This document shows, in pieces, positions 40,355 to 53,215 of a stretch of DNA of 64,000 nt. Made by a program: the position numbers and the translations under genes. The stretch is from NCBI RefSeq assembly GCF_006345805.1, contig NC_043002.1, forward strand, positions 101,556,001 to 101,620,000, written 5' to 3'. Position 1 is the stretch's first letter. Each line of letters opens with the position of its first letter. A model generated the notes under the pieces. That model made no database searches and was not told the DNA's origin. It saw nothing but the letters and a program-made list of their open reading frames with translations. The stretch comes from Octopus sinensis. Lineage: Eukaryota.

Positions 40355-41258
40355 CTTCAAAATAAGTTAAGAAATTTACAAATTTACATATCTACAGTTT
40401 TCAAACATACATCCGATCAGCTTTAAAAACTTTAATACCCACAATTGCCTCTGTAAACATCCTTTATTTTCTTCTCTCTAAAAACATCACGCTTTTCTTT
40501 TTGTGGACTTAAAAAAACCTTAAATCATTCTATGAAAATCTGACTTTTCTTTGCTCCCTCCCTGAATATTCAGATATAAATGTAAACATATACTTTTTTA
40601 TTGCAAAACCACACATGTTCTTCTAACTGGACATACAAACATCTCTAGAAAAGTCAACTTCAACCTCCACAATATTACCTTACACGAAATATACAAACAC
40701 TTTTTATTGCAATAACACAAATGCACATGGAAAAAATAATGATGCTAAAATTCTCTCTGCTCGAACACAACTTCTCTATTCACAAATAATACAGAACAGC
40801 CCTTCAAAATAAGTTAAGAAATTTACAAATTTACATATCTACAGTTTTCAAACATACATTCGTTCAGCTTTAAAGACTTTAATACCCACAATTGCCTCAG
40901 TAAACATCCTTTTTTTTCTTCTCTCTAAAAACATCACGCTTTTCTTTTTGTGGACTTACAAAACCGTAAAACTTTCTATGAAAATCTGACTTTTCTTTGC
41001 TTCCTCCCTAAATATTCAAATATAAATGTAAACATATACTTTTTATTGAAAAAACACACCTGTTCTCCTAACTGGACATACAAACATATCTAGAAAAGTC
41101 AACTTCAACCTACACAATATTACCTTACACGAAATATACAAACAGTTTGTATTGCAATAACACAAACGCACATGGGGAAAAGAAAGAAAATAATGATGCT
41201 AAGATTCTCTCTGGTCGAACGCAACTTCTCTATTCACAAACAATACAGAACAGCCCTT
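40355..41258. repeat. Head-to-tail tandem duplication of a ~447/457-bp AT-rich unit
   Basis: cttcaaaataagttaagaaatttac starts at 40355 and at 40802; both units end aatacagaacagccc; scattered substitutions and one ~10-nt indel. Confidence 0.92.
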
Positions 41259-41844
41259 CCTTAATTTTTCTTAAGGCTAGTAGTAGCAGACATTTGAACA
41301 TTTTTTTACCTAAAAAAATAAATAGATAAATAAATAAATAAAATAAACATCACTGATGATGGTGATGATGGTGATGATGATAATAATGATAGTAATAGTG
41401 CTGATAATCTATCTATCTATCTATACACACACACACACACTCACAGAATTCAGCCAACACAAACCTCACCTCGGCTCTTTAGATGTTAACCAAATATGAA
41501 AGTATTATTTGACAGGCAAGAATTCTGGCGTTGAAGACAGCCAGCCAGTCAACCACCCAGCCAGCCAACGAGACAAACAGACACTACTGTGATCGTGATA
41601 ATGAAAAAAAAACAAAAACAAAAATAACAATAATAAGATACTGCTGTGACTACACATAAAACAATATCATTGATGATGATGATGATGATGATGGTAATGG
41701 TGATGATGATAATGATGATAGTAATAGTGGCGATAATGATAATAGTGATAATAATGATGATGATAATAACAATAATAAGCCGACTACGGCTGCTATAATG
41801 GTACGATTATAATTGTAACGGCAATGATGGCCGTCTCCCCACGA

Positions 41845-44470
41845 GTGAACTAGCTTACCGTGTGCGCATGGGAGCGATGCATGCCAGAAATTCGGCACCC
41901 TATCTTTACCGGGGGATTTCCAATTATGGGCCTTCGTGAGTGCCTTTCTTAGGTCTGCTATTGTGATGTCTTCCCATGCTTGTTGTTGTAAATTTTGGTA
42001 GGATCCTTCAGTTTGTATAATCCAGTCTGCATTTGTGTTGTACGTCTTCTTGTCACTCCAAATCCTTTTCCAAAAGTTTTGAACTTCTTCCATGGGAGGG
42101 GGGTCTTTAACGGTTACTTTCTCCTTCCCTATTTCTCTGTAGAATTTTTTGGCATTGGATGTGAACAGCTTATTTTGCTTGTAAAACTTGTTTCTCTTCT
42201 CAAATCTTCGTATTCTTTGGGCTTTTACTTGGACTTTTTGTTTCAGCGTTTCTTTTATTGATATCAGTTCTTCTCTTGGTGAGGATCCAAATTTTCTCTT
42301 CATCTTTCTTCCTGTTCTGGATCTTACATCATTTCCACATATTAGTTCATTTAATATTGATATTTCCCCTCTCATAAATTCAATTTCTTTTTCAATTTTA
42401 CTTCTCCAGGTTTGGTTTCTTCCCAGGTTTGGTTTCTTCCCAGGTTTGGTTTTCTTTGTTTTTTCGGGGGCATACAGCTGGTTTTAATTGCCCTAGCAGA
42501 AGCGTAAATAATTTCATTTAACTCAGTAAAATCAGGTTTTAATTCTTGTATTATTTCATTTGTTATATAGTTGCCAATTTGGATTTGGTTTTTATTTTGG
42601 TTTGTATTTGAGAGTTTATGAAGTGGTTCTCTATCATTCATACTTGTATGTCTTACAACTTCAAGCGTATTCAGGATTTTCTGCCTCATTTCTGCCATAG
42701 GCTTTCTGTGTTCTTCAGCAAATGCGAGATCTTCAGTTACTGTTGTTTTATCATTTTCCTGGCTATCTTTAACAGGTTCAATAGAATTTCTTGTATCTTC
42801 AGGCCTTTGCGTATAGCCCGCCACGAGGCTTAATTGAAAGACTGCCATCTGACCAAAGTACGCAAAGGCCTGAAGATACAAGAAATTCTTTCGTGTTAGG
42901 TGTTGACACAGTCATAAGAGAGCTTGAGCAAGAACAAACATACAAATATTTAGGGATAAATGAAGGCTCTGGTATTCAGCATGCAAGCATGAAAGAGAAA
43001 ATCAGGAAGGAATGTTATAGGAGACTTCGTGCAGTCCTGAAATCTGAACTAAATGCACGTAACAAGGTGTTAGCTATAAATTCCTTAGCAGTTCCAGTTG
43101 TTACTTATAGCTACAATGTGTTGAACTGGAATAAGAGTGAAGTAAAGAATATAGACAGGAAAATACGCAAGCTGCTGAGTTGTAATAGGATGCATCACCC
43201 AAAGGCAGACGTAGATCGCCTTTACCTTCCCAGAGCCCAAGGAGGTCGAGGCCTAATCCAGTTTGAACTAGCTTACAAAACAACCACAATTGGACTGGCC
43301 AAATATCTTGAAATAACGAATGACTGGATGCTAAAGCTCGTGGAAAATCACGAGAGACGAAAAAAGCTTCATTCTATCATAAAGGAACGCAAAAACTTTG
43401 CTATTGATCTCGTGCAGGATACCCAAACTGAACAACCCGAGGGAAGTACGGCAACTATTGTTGCAAAGAAGGTGAAAATAATGGCAACGAAAAAAGCGCA
43501 CGAGCAATTGGCTGATAGGTGGGAGGAGAAACCTCTGCACGGCAAATATGTGGCCCGTAGCAAACAAGCTGATGTTGACCAGAAGCAAACCCATCAGTGG
43601 CTACGGAGCTCAGGGCTAAAAGCAGAGAGCGAAGGTTTCATCCTGGCTGCTCAAGATCAAAGCCTTTTAACCCGGAACTACCAGGCCAATGTAATGAAAA
43701 ATGGAGCAGACCCAAAATGCCGATTCTGCAATGACATGATTGAAACAGTGGACCACCTAATCTCTGGATGTAAAGTCTTAGCACCAGTGGAGTATAAATT
43801 AAGACATGACAGAGTTGGCCAATATCTACACTGGCTAATAAGTCGGCATTACAATATCAAAACTGCCGACAAGTGGTATAATCACCACTCTGAAGCTGTA
43901 ACTGAAGGAGAAAATGTAACCATTCTGTGGGACTTTCCAGTACATACAGACCGAACCATCAAAGCCAATAAACCAGATATTGTTGTGAAAGACAAAAACA
44001 ATATAGTTTGCTTATTGATCGACATGAGCATCCCCTGTGATCATAATATCTCGGCGAAAGAGTTTGACAAGCTCAGAAAATATAAAGACCTGCTCATTGA
44101 AATTGAGAAAATGTGGCATCTCAAGGCGGTTACAATACCAGTGATAGTAGGAGCACTAGGAATGATCAAGAAGGGAACCGAAAATTATATGAGAATGATC
44201 CCTGGCTTACCATCCCTGCGAGAAGTGCAAAAGATTGTCTTAACTGGTACATCACACGTATTCAGAAGAGCATTGTCGCTGTGAGAGCTGTTACTGCCCA
44301 TGTATTTTAAGTTAACCTTAAAAAAAAAATTAACGAACTATTGAGTTTGGTTTAATGGCCTACCAATGTATACTATGAGTTTCTTTGCCCTAGGAGTCGG
44401 GAAGACGATCGGCAAGAAATGGAAGCAAATTTGAAAGAAGAAGAAAAATAATAATAATAATAATGATAAT
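41845..44470 (+). mobile_element. R4/Dong element (family 2) with inverted N-terminal segment, deleted RT core and intact C-terminal ORF
   Basis: Minus 41845-42813 gives N-terminal/pre-RT sequence (KAQRIRRF..FYREIG..KAHNWKSPGKDRVPNFW). Plus 42890-44284 gives YKYLGI, MHHPKADVDRLYLPRAQGGRGL, CRFCNDMIETVDHLISGC, RHDRV, KPDIVV..LIDMSIP..KLRKYKDL. No QGD/YMDD motifs. TAA tail. Confidence 0.9.
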
Positions 44471-44665
44471 AGTGATTGGTACTTGAATGTGGAACGTCTC
44501 CTACGATAATTAACAACGAATTACCAAAGCTCATTATGTGCGGAAAAAGACCCTGTGAGACCTCTGACAGCAGGCTGCTGTTCGTCCTTACAGGATCTAT
44601 CAGAGTCAAGAAGATCGAGTGCTCTGAGTAGAAAAACAACAGCAACAACAATAATGATAACAAGT
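44470..44665 (+). mobile_element. Possible further short R4/Dong 3' fragment with CAA/TAA tail
   Basis: ITKAHYVRKKTL* resembles the GTAHILRxxL* terminus of the other families; followed by aacaacagcaacaacaataatgataac. Confidence 0.35.
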
Positions 44666-44894
44666 AGATGTACTTGCATAGCAAGTGTTTTGAAACTAAA
44701 GGAATTGCAACGCGGAAGACGTAAGGTCGCCATACATGAACACATAAACACGGTCAAGTTCACTGGAAGAGTGACAAAAAATCTTCGCCGTTCGAAACTG
44801 TGACATTTTGCTACAGATCTTTTTATTGTGTATGAAGAACACAGTTGCTCCAGAAACATCAGCGTACTCACAGGCTCTAGTATTTCTCTATTTC

Positions 44895-45099
44895 CGCCGG
44901 GCGAAATGCGTAGCAGTATTTCGTCTGCCGTTACGTTCTGAGTTCAAATTCCGCCGAGGTCGACTTTGCCTTTCATCCTTTCGGGGGTCGATTAAATGAG
45001 TACCAGTTACGCACTGGGGTCGATATAATCCACTTACTCCGTTTGTCTGTCCTTATTTGTCCTCTCTCTGTTTAGCCCCTTGTGGGTAGTAAAGTAATA
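44895..45099 (+). mobile_element. 5'-truncated family B SINE with 16-bp TSD
   Basis: TSD agtatttctctatttc at 44879-44894 and 45100-45115. Confidence 0.92.
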
Positions 45100-45880
45100 A
45101 GTATTTCTCTATTTCATCTGGGTTTCATTCCAGAAAAAAATATTATGCTGCAAGCGATAGGAAGTGGGGGACAATCCTTTTGAGATGTCCAAAGTGGTGG
45201 AAACTAAACGTTAAATATATTGGAATGCAAGCATAATGAAAGGATATTGGTGCATATTATACCGCAATCAAGATTACAGGAGAAAAGCGGATATACGAAA
45301 TTTCAGCAACTTATATAAATTATAATCCTCACTTCTAAGTATATCTAATTTAAACTATGATATGCAAATGAAGTTAAAATAAATTATGTATGAATCAAAT
45401 GAAGTGTAGGCTGGCTGTTTTAGCTCAAGAAATAAACAACCATTGCATAAACAAATATTCGCCACATTAATATATTATAAAGTGATAATATTGATAGAAA
45501 TGTAATAGGCATATTCCAAACACTCGACGTGCTTGGAAATGAAAACAACTGAAGAGAAATTTGAAATCTCCCAAAATTTATTTTAAAAAAAGGTTAATTT
45601 AATAACCAATAAAATGCAAGTTTATTTTGTTGATCAACGTTATTTGGGTAATGATATTTCATATTCATATAAAAAGAAAAGAAGAAATTCAGGTAGACAA
45701 AATAAATTAATAATAAAATGGTAATTAGTAGAACAAATATAGATTGCCTGAAGGGAAAATATAATGCTAATTCAATTCAATATTTGTAAGTATAATGTAA
45801 GCCGATGTATCTGATATAATTTACATTTTATAACTTCAGGATTAGTTGTATAAGAGTTGTGTCAAATGAGGAAATATATG

Positions 45881-46408
45881 GGTGCAAGAGTGGCTGTGTG
45901 GTAAATAGCTTGCTTAACAACCACATGGTTCCAGGTACAGTCCCACTGTTCCCACGGAACTTTATGTTGATGGTGTGTACAGGCTTCTATCTATTAATTT
46001 ATATGAGATAAACAAAGACAGCATAACCTGGAACTATAGTTTTTCCTATGTGTCCTTCATTCAACCATACCTGTCATCAGATTGAAAAGTAATTCAATAA
46101 CTCTGGAGTGGCTGTGTGCTAAGTAGCTTGATTACCAACCACATGGTTCCAGGTACAGTCCTACTGCGTGGTACCTTGGGCAAGTGTCTTCTACTATAGC
46201 CTCGGGCCGGCCAAAGACTTGAGAGTAGATTTGGTAGATGGAAACTGAAAGAAGCCTGTCGTATATACATAAATATATGTATGTGTGTTCGTCCCGACAA
46301 CATCGCTTAACAACCGATGCTGGTTGGTTTACGTCACCGTGACATAGGTCCTGGGGTCGATTTTCTCGACTAAATGACTGAAACAAGTAAAAGAGTAAAA
46401 GAGTAATG
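45881..46408 (+). mobile_element. Family C SINE with duplicated head
   Basis: Head at ~45885-45948 and again from ~46105, both with the variant ccaggtacagtcc; 3' region partly deleted. Confidence 0.85.
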
Positions 46409-46776
46409 TGTGTGCGTGCGAATCTGTGTGTGTATGTCTGTGTGCGTGCGTGTGTACGTACGTATATATGTTGGATATATATGTATATAGAATTGTTTTA
46501 TGCATATATGAATTTTAGTTGTTTTATTAAATGCATTTTAATTATATAAATGTGTTCTCATCATATTTGTTTATATCAAAAAGCTTTCACATTTAAGTCT
46601 TTCTTTTTAAAATATGAGAGAGATTTGGTATGAATACAATGTGAGATGTTGAACTACAGCCAGAATGTGATACAATGGCGAATTTATGCTGGACTATTAC
46701 AGAAAGCTGTAACAGACATTACATCATGAAACAAACATATTTTCATTTGCATTATGAATAGGAAGGTGAAAGCGAA

Positions 46777-47010
46777 TTGTGTGGTGGTCAGAGTGTTGGA
46801 CTTGCGAACGTGGCGTTGTGGTTTCGATTCCTCATTTGTGCAGCACGTTGTGTAAAACGAATACTTTTACATTGCTTAAATTTACTCATCCCGAAGGAGT
46901 ACCTGTCACGTTATGGTGTAGGCTTGTGTCTGGCTGTCACATGCTGGATATTCCAAAAAGGCCAATTGATAGAGATCCGAGTGGGTCTCTATCCCTAGCC
47001 GTTTAAAATA
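46777..47010 (+). mobile_element. Old tRNA-derived SINE, family A-like
   Basis: gtggtggtcagagtgttgg..ggtttcgattcc..cacgttgtgt head; remainder decayed. Confidence 0.4.
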
Positions 47011-47029
47011 ATTAATAAAAACATATGGA

Positions 47030-47600
47030 AGGTATTCCAACCACGTTTCGTGGTTCTGTACCTCAACAGCTCCTTTATAGGACCCAGTGGCTAAAGACAT
47101 CCAGGTTCGGCCCCTACTCCTCTACCGTTTTCGACGAGGCGTCCCACCTCCCATCCGGAGGTGTTTCAGCTCTAGTGTTGAGTGCATTTCTTCTGTCTCT
47201 ATTTTTCTTTTGTTCTCTGTTTTCTTCGATCCAGCGTCAACGAATGTCAACGGACGACTGACCATCCTGCCGAATTTTCCTTTAAATACTCGCCGAGAAG
47301 CTGCAGCAGCCAGCACCAGCTAATTGTCACATGACCCTAAGCTTCAACTGACCAATGAAGAGGAAGGAGCAGGTAGTTTTAGCCCACGCCGTCTCTAAAC
47401 CTGACTTCCAAAAGTGTTGTGTTAGTTTCAGTTGCAGCAGCCAGAGCCGACCAGCTATTTGGTGGTACAAGTCTTTGAACCAGGAGAATGGCACGCTATG
47501 AATGAGATCGCTACATCGGCCCACCTATCAATCAGCGATTGCTTTAAGTATCAGCCAGCCTCACCTAGAGACGCTAATTCCCAGTCGGCCTGTTATGACT
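47030..47600 (-). mobile_element. Possible Penelope-like 3' end / pseudo-LTR remnant
   Basis: GC-richer island. Minus strand has a TATA-like gtatttaaagg upstream of ctgaaa-cacctc-cggatgg-gaggtg-ggacg, a decayed hammerhead layout with an intact 6-bp stem II. Confidence 0.4.
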
Positions 47601-49501
47601 ATCTAGCTATTTGGGGGTCTTCTCGCTTCAGCCATATAATAAAATTATGGAGTATGCTACGAACTCATAATAGTGAAATCCCTCATATTTTGAGTAGCTT
47701 ATTTATTATATCTGTTACTAAATTAATAAATACATGGCTCTAATCAATAAATTACTACAATTAATTTTGACTATACATCAGTGAATATTGTGAACTATTT
47801 AAGTTTTTGGAGAAGATCTTCATTTGAAAACATCAAAGATACTTCTGTTACCTTATGTTCTGAATAGGCGTCAAAATACTAATTAAAGGTCGCTTATTTT
47901 GCCAGCTGTGTTGATATTGAGATTATTAAATTTGAAACTGTATTATATATAAATATATAACACAAGTATGCATGCATTTATGTATACGCTCTTACATACA
48001 TAAATATATATGTAATTACACACTCATGCACACACTTTTATCTATATTTATCTATATATTTATCCGTCTGTGTGTATGTGTGCGACTCTGTTTACTGTGT
48101 GTGTGTGTATGTATGTTTGTGTGAGAGTAAGTGTATATATGTGTAACACCTCTGTTATTAGTTTACGCGTGCAATAATGAAAGGTTAGTATCCATACGAT
48201 GCTAATTTAGTCTCTGTCAGTAGCTTTAACAAGCTTTTGTCAAACACTTTTAATTTATGCTGTCACCTGTACATTTTCAAATATGTAACGTTTCACGTCT
48301 CCCCCAACCACAAGTATAATTCACCCATAATTTAAGATTCAAACTAACTATCCGTTGAGATCATACAAACTAATTACACATAATACACACACGCACACAT
48401 ATCATACCAAATATACCATATCAAGTTACTGTAAATAAAGATAGAGTGACCCATGAACATTACAGTCCTCAACAGAAAAAAAGAAGGATTTCCTCGTCCA
48501 CGCGGATAGGTAAGCATTCATTTTCTTCCGAAGCATTCATTTTTCTGCGGAATACTCAGCCGCTTCACGTAATGTTATCTTCGCAATTTGGTAGCTTATT
48601 TGACAGTACAACTGATTGTTTGAAATGCAATGAAATGCCTCAAGCATAAAGCGAACCTGCAAACCAGACTCCTCCGCTCTTGTATTTATCAGGACGTCAG
48701 GAAGAGGAGGCCACTTGTCATCAGATAATTCAAATACATTTTGCTCTCAATCACAAATTGTCTTTTGTATGTTTTCGACATAACTTCCTATTTATAATCT
48801 GAATATTGTTGTGTTACATCTTTTATTTTTGTGCGTTCTGTATTTGGCCGATTGAAGAAAAACGCAACAATACAAAAACACAATAACAACAACAAAAAGC
48901 ACAAAAAGAAGAGGAAGAATAATCATAAAAATATATTGCAAAATGAGATTACTGAAGGATCTTATTGATTGGTTGACATTGAGTGAAAGCAATTATGTTG
49001 TCGTAGAAATGAAAGACAATTAGTTAGAATCGAAAGCAATGTTTTGTTAAAAAATAACAAAGTAAAATAATAATAATAAAGGAAAAAAGCACATTTTGAT
49101 TGAGCAATAACATATGTAAAAAAGGAAAAAAAAACATTAGAAAAAATATCGAGAAAATATAATAAAAATAGCTAGACTCAATCAAAGCTACTCCATGGGT
49201 AGCATTAAAAAGCACATTGTTTAAATTCCTTGCTGAGGTAGTAAAAACTAACTTGACGAACAAAAATAAAAGCAAGAATAAAAATATTAAAGATTTAAGA
49301 AAATATTCCATGCAATTATTGTACCTATATTAATCAATGTTCGACTCTCTCTATGAGAGACATTCATTATAAGAAACACAAATACGCACACACACTATTG
49401 TTTATATATATGTGTGTATATATATATATATATAAATATACATATATATATGTGTATATATATATATATTATATATATATACATATATGTATGTATGTAT
49501 G

Positions 49502-49579
<78 letters not shown>

Positions 49580-49869
49580 AAAGCGAACAGTCATTGAGGT
49601 TATTTCTGGGACTATTACTGTCAAATGCAATACAAAACAAAAGGAGTCGAACAAGAGGAAGAATGAGAAAAATTAAGAAGGGAAGGGTGAGTTGTATTAG
49701 TGGAAGGTGCATGAGGAGGTGAAGAAGGAGAAAAAAGTAGAGGAAAAGGAAGGCGAAGAAGGAGGGACGGAGAGGAGGGTGAGGAGAGGGAAGAAGAAAA
49801 AGACTTGCAATTAACGTATGCACTGCAGAAACAAATAATGAAATAGACTGGTTGGTGACGGAGAGTAAC

Positions 49870-50030
49870 AAATCGCTCCTCTTTCTCCTCCACCTCCTCC
49901 TCCTCCTCCTCCTCCTCCTCCCCATACTCATCCCCCTCCTCCCCCTCCTCCTCCCCCTCCTCCTCCTCCTCCTCCTACTACTACTACTACTGCTGATACT
50001 GCTGCTGCTGCTGCTGCCGCTGCTGCTGCA
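49870..50030. repeat. (CCT)n(CTA)n(CTG)n compound trinucleotide tract
   Basis: Direct reading. Confidence 0.95.
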
Positions 50031-50492
50031 TTAGTGACATGAGTAATAAAAACAATGGCCCTAAATCTACAACCACATCCCTGTCAGATTCTCGGTGCAT
50101 AAAATCGTTTATTTCTTTACCGATTAATTTTTGGTGCACCAGGTTCATAGATATAATATAATCGAACGAATCAAGCCCAGTGCTCATGTTTTGTTTTTAA
50201 GCCGAATATATATATATTCCATCAGTGTCTTTTACGGAACCATTAAGTTACCGGGATAGAAACGCACAAACACCGATTGTTAAGCGATAATCAGGACAAA
50301 CACAGACAGAAAATCACACACTAATTTATCTTGAATTTTATTCATATGCTGTCGTTCGTTTTTCTTCCGGGTGTCTATATTTGTTTGTGTATATATCTGT
50401 ATGCACGTATATATGTATGAATGTATGTATGTATTATGTATGTACAAATGTATGTACGTATGTGTATTCGGACGGATGTATGTATGTGCTTG

Positions 50493-50580
50493 TTCAGTTT
50501 CATTTCAAAAATTTTTGCCATCGGAGAAAGAACCGCTTCCTAACCTAGATACAAAACTCCTTCATTGGAATTTCAACAAG
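50493..50580 (-). mobile_element. Short 3'-terminal fragment of family 6
   Basis: Matches 51650-51740; ends aaaactg| on the minus strand. Confidence 0.7.
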
Positions 50581-50659
50581 GTATTTTGGGGTTCCATAAT
50601 GGAAGGAACTGCCTAATGCAGCTCCTGCATCCCTTTGATGATATTTTGAGAGCTTTGTG

Positions 50660-51620
50660 AGAAGGCTCCCACACCAATGACATCTACCTTGATTTCAGAA
50701 AGGCGTTTGACAGCGTTGATCTTAAGATTCTCTTGAAAAAATTATCCAAAATTGGTGTCTCTGGAAAGACACTACAATAGATCGAATGTTTCCTGACGGA
50801 CAGAGCCCAACACGTTGTAGTCAGTCGAAGGAGTAAAATCAAACCCAGTCACAGCCAGTTGTGGTGTGCCACAAGGCACTGTGTTGGGCCCGGTTCTTTT
50901 CATCATCTACATCAATGACATTACTAACATCATCAAGCACAACAGTATAAGAATCTTTGCAGATGATTCTAAGATACAGGAGGTCATCACTGAAGTAAAT
51001 GACTGGAGATGCCATCGATCAGACCTACTGGCTGTCATCCAGTGGGCAGAAAAGAATAATATGCTGCAGAACGAGGGCAAATTTGAGTTAATCGACTTTG
51101 GAAACGAGGATACTCTGAAACTCTCATACTCCCTTCCTTCACGTGAAACTCTTATGGCATCCAACTGCTATAGAGACTTGGGTGTAATTGTGGACATCAA
51201 CATAAGCCGGCCCGCTCATATAAACAGCAAAGATAACATGACCCGCATAATATGTTCCTGCATTCTCAGAAATTTGCAGTTGAGAGCTGTCCACACCATT
51301 ATCCTACTCTTCTCCATTTTTACCCAAATCGACCTTGAATACTGTTGTCCACTGCAGACTCCCCACACGACACAACTTATCATGAAGATGATTGAAGCAC
51401 CTGAAAGGTCAATTGCAAAAACGATAGATGGCATGATAGGTCTTGACTATAGGGGTCGACTAGAAAATCTCAAGCTTTATTTTCTCCAACGCATCCGTAA
51501 GCGCTAAACCATCTGCATGGTGTGGAAAACATTCCATCAGCATTGCTCCAATAATGTTGTCATCACTTTTAAGATACAACTAAGATTTGGGCCCCGTGCT
51601 ATCCACCCACAACATAAATA
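50660..51620 (+). mobile_element. Decayed CR1-like LINE RT region
   Basis: DFRKAFDSVD, GVPQGTVLGPVLFIIYINDI, IFADDSKI, RDLGVIVD, LEYCCPL; same family as 53216-53982. Confidence 0.88.
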
Positions 51621-51644
51621 CTGCGGGTTCGTATTTCTTTATGT

Positions 51645-52140
51645 CATTATTCAGTTTATTTCAAGATTCATTGCCAATAGTGAAAGAACCGGTTTCTAAC
51701 CTAGATCCACGGATCTTTCATTGGAATTTTAATATCAACAACAGAGTATGTATTTTTGCTTGTATGTATGGATGTATGTATGCATCTATGCATTATGTAT
51801 ATACGTATGCATGTATGTATGTACGTATGTATGTATGCATATATATATGTATGTATATATGTATGTATATATGTATGTATGTATGTATGTGCAGATTTGT
51901 ATGTTTTATGTATATATTCTCATGCATATACTTGCGTATCTAAACAGGCTCATACATATTTAAATGATAATGGAAGGGTTTAAATTATTTACAGTTCCGG
52001 TGATGGATCAGATCTATGGTCTTCGAATTAGCTTTCTCCTTTCTGGTTTTGAGAAGCCTAATTTCTCAAGATTGGTATTTAGGCAGTCTGTTACATATCC
52101 CAGGGCCCCAATAATTACAGATAGAAACCTGAACTTGTAA
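51645..52140 (-). mobile_element. RLE-type LINE 3' end (family 6) with (TACA)n inside its 3' UTR
   Basis: Minus reads VIIGALGYVTDCLNTNLEKLGFSKPERRKLIRR..SITGTV, then UTR, (TACA)n, a conserved 90-bp end and aaactg|aataat. Confidence 0.65.
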
Positions 52141-52867
52141 TCTGGATATGTATGTATGTGTTTATATATGTATGTATGCATGAATGCATGAATATATGCA
52201 TGAATGAATGCATGTATGTATATATATATGCGTGTATTATGTGGGTAGGTATGCAAGATGACGTAACTCTCAGAATAGTGAGGCCGCAAACATTTAGTTC
52301 AATAGAATGAGAACTGGTTTCAAAATAAGAACTTTGGCCGATTTTCTTCAAGGAACATCTTCGAGCCAGTGCTCAGCAAGGACGTAATCTAACGCGTGAA
52401 GCATGCACAAGCATAAAAGAATATAAGAATTAACATGTGTGTGTGTGTGTGCGTGTGTGCTAGTGTGCGTAAACACACACGCTTACGGAAAAACGAGTGC
52501 ACACATACAGTTATACTGAATGAGAGAAATAGAGTGAGCGAAAGGGAGAGGGAGAGAGACGGGGAGATGCAGGAAGCGAGCAAAAGAGAGAGAGAGTGAG
52601 ATAGAGAGTGGGGGAGGGAGAGATTGATAAAGAAAGAACTCACCCACCAGTGGGGATTTCATATTTCAATATATTACTATGACAACGTGCTCAATAAGAG
52701 GAGCGAGTTGGTTCCAGAAGGAGAGCAGGTTAAAACTTGATGTTAATAGAAGCCGAGTGTAGTTTCGGGAATGATTTGTTTGAAAAAGGTAGAATCAGCT
52801 GACACAAAACAATTTATGCAGTCTGTAATACAATCATAGAAAGAAACGCCTAACGTATATACATACA

Positions 52868-52916
<49 letters not shown>

Positions 52917-53215
52917 GCATATATATATGTCTGTCTATACATATGTACACTCACTTATGAATATATATATGTAAATATATGTGTGTATATATGTATATGT
53001 ATGTATATATATATGAGTGTACATATGTGTATATATGTCTGTATACATATATATATATATGTATATGTGTGTATATATATATACATACATATATATAAAT
53101 ATATATATATACGTATATATATATATATATATACATACACATATTTATATATAGATATATAGATATACAAATATATATATATATATATATACATAAATAT
53201 ATATATATGTATATA

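Noticed and set aside
50493-51740. ~90-bp direct repeats flanking an RT fragment, suggesting LTRs
   Set aside because: The RT is CR1-like (non-LTR), and the repeats are better explained as two independent minus-strand 3' ends of another LINE.
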